From: Fibrobacteria bacterium
Lineage (GTDB): Bacteria > Fibrobacterota > Fibrobacteria > UBA11236
Direction of reading: 5' to 3'
NCBI GenBank assembly: GCA_050486505.1
Contig: JBJHDK010000055.1
Location: forward strand, 1 to 15,809
DNA length: 15,809 bases
Shown: one piece after another, positions 14,279 through 15,809 of the stretch
Layout of the letters: each line of letters begins with the position of its first letter
How positions within the stretch are numbered: the first letter of the stretch is position 1
Program-made: the position numbers and the translations under genes
Notes under the pieces: generated by a model
The model's input: only the letters and a program-made list of their open reading frames with translations
Database searches by the model: none
Told to the model about the DNA's origin: nothing

Positions 14279-15809
14279 GCGAATCCCGGAGGCACAATGC
14301 GTTTTCTCCCGTTCCCTGGTTGATTTGGGCGGTTGCGGGGCTTGTCCTCCTGCCGGTTCTGGTGGTGCTTTGGCATGCCGTGCAGCCTTCGGAGCTCTGG
14401 TCGCAAATCGTGCAGAACCGTCTTCCGGGCCACATTCGCCACACCCTCATTCTCGTCTTCTCCGTGACCGGGCTCGCCGTGCTGTTCGGGGTTCCCGCGG
14501 CATGGGTCGTTTCGGTGCACGAGTTTCCGGGGCGCAGGTTCTTCGAATGGCTTTTGCTTCTTCCGCTCGCGATGCCCGGATTCATCGCCGCCATCGCCTA
14601 CGTCGACGCCTTCAAGGGACTGGTGCCGTTCTACATCTGGGTGCGCGAGCACTTCGGCGTGGAGGCCTTCCTGTTCACACAGCAGGTCGCGCCATGGGTG
14701 TTCGCGGTCGTGGTCCTGGCAGCGACGCTGTTCCCCTACGTCTTCCTCAGCTGCCGGGCGGTGTTCGCGCGCGAAGCCGCGGGATCGTTGGAGGCGGCCC
14801 ACACGTTGGGATCGGGAAACCTCCGCGCGTTCAGGCGCGTGGCGCTTCCGATGGCCCGGCCGGCCGTGGTCGCGGGGGGCAGCCTCGTGGCCATGGAAAC
14901 GCTGAACGATTACGGCGTGGTGACGCACTTCGGGCTGCACCCGCTCACGCCGGGCATCTTCCGCGCGTGGACGGAAGGCCACCTGGGGTCGGCCATGCGC
15001 ATGTCCCTGATCCTCATGATCATCGTCTTCGTCGGGCTCGCGATCGAGCGCTGGCAGCGCGGACGCAAGCGCTTCGCCTCCGACTCCGCAGAAAGCCCGT
15101 TGATGCGCCGCAGCCTTTCGCTGCGCGGCGCGGTGGGCGCGTGGATCGTGTGCGGGCTTCCGCTGGCCCTCGGATTCGTGTTGCCCGCCATGCAGCTTGC
15201 GCGCTGGGCGGGCGGGTCCTTCGGGATCATGCGCTGGGATGAAACCCTTGCCGCGGCGGGCAATTCCCTGCTGCTCGCCGCAGGCGCCGCGCTTTTGGTC
15301 GCGCTCGGCGGCGCCTTGCTCGTCGCGGGACGGCGCGCCTACAACCATCGCTCCCTGTTCACCGCGCAGCAGATCGGCCTGCTGGGCTACACCTTTCCGA
15401 GCGCGCTGGTGGCGGTCGGCGTGGGCGCGCTCGTCTCCGCCCTCGCGGGCCAGGAATGGCTGCCGTTTCTCGCGGGGCTGGCCTTGAGCGTCTCGGTGTT
15501 CGGGCTCATGCTGGCCTACTTCATCCGCTTTCTCGCCGTGGGCATCCAGCCCGTGTCGGCGGCATTCGACCGTCTGCCCGCCAACCTGCACGAGGCCGCG
15601 CGCACGCTCGGGTCGAGGCCCCTGCGCGCGCTCTTCCGCGTCGACCTTCCGCTGGTATGGCCGGCGCTCGTGGCCGGGGCCACGCTGGCGTTCATCGACG
15701 TGTTCAAGGAGCTTCCTTTGACTCTCGTGCTGCGGCCCTTCGACTTCGAAACGCTGGCGACGCTTACCTTCCGGCTCACCGATGAGGGCCGCATCCCCGA
15801 GGCCTCGGT
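14275..15809 (+). CDS. futB: Fe(III) ABC transporter permease (FutB/FbpB type), truncated by the window end
   Basis: Not in the ORF track because it has no stop in the window. GTG 14275 overlaps the upstream TGA (GTGA). Frame 1 reads VSESRRHNAFSPVPWLIW...'EFPGRRFFEWLLLLPLAMPGF', EAA loops 'LEAAHTLG' and 'LHEAARTLG', 'METLNDYG' and 'KELPLTLVLRPFDFETLA'. Confidence 0.93.
   Translation, partial: MSESRRHNAFSPVPWLIWAVAGLVLLPVLVVLWHAVQPSELWSQIVQNRLPGHIRHTLILVFSVTGLAVLFGVPAAWVVSVHEFPGRRFFEWLLLLPLAMPGFIAAIAYVDAFKGLVPFYIWVREHFGVEAFLFTQQVAPWVFAVVVLAATLFPYVFLSCRAVFAREAAGSLEAAHTLGSGNLRAFRRVALPMARPAVVAGGSLVAMETLNDYGVVTHFGLHPLTPGIFRAWTEGHLGSAMRMSLILMIIVFVGLAIERWQRGRKRFASDSAESPLMRRSLSLRGAVGAWIVCGLPLALGFVLPAMQLARWAGGSFGIMRWDETLAAAGNSLLLAAGAALLVALGGALLVAGRRAYNHRSLFTAQQIGLLGYTFPSALVAVGVGALVSALAGQEWLPFLAGLALSVSVFGLMLAYFIRFLAVGIQPVSAAFDRLPANLHEAARTLGSRPLRALFRVDLPLVWPALVAGATLAFIDVFKELPLTLVLRPFDFETLATLTFRLTDEGRIPEAS

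Noticed and set aside
1..15809. CRISPR array, IS/transposase, prophage or integrase
   Set aside because: No regularly spaced repeats or recognisable mobility proteins; nearly all sequence is accounted for by the genes listed.

Overview
High-GC bacterial chromosomal window, densely packed with housekeeping and metal-homeostasis genes. In order: the 3' end of a probable glutamate-cysteine-ligase-family gene (+); a structured palindromic spacer; corA (-), divergent from an MMPL/RND-family transporter and hpt (+); an SRPBCC protein (-); mgtE with a translationally coupled, uncharacterised signal-peptide/beta-barrel-like gene (+); a class III-type CPD photolyase (-); an Xre(MbcA/ParS)-RES toxin-antitoxin pair (+); a stand-alone gcvP (-); and a Fur-box-controlled Fe(III) ABC binding protein plus permease (+, running off the end). 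No rRNA, tRNA, CRISPR array or transposase was seen. The best candidate for something undescribed is the mgtE unit. It has a ~160-nt leader containing a small uORF, mutually exclusive hairpins and a perfect 11-bp stem that buries the mgtE Shine-Dalgarno, does not match the M-box by eye, and would control MgtE plus a possible outer-membrane partner. Other points: recurrent leaderless-type promoters, a doubled operator at the TA promoter, and a triple 11-mer motif in the gcvP/iron-ABC divergent region. All calls were made by eye; no database searches or folding calculations were run.
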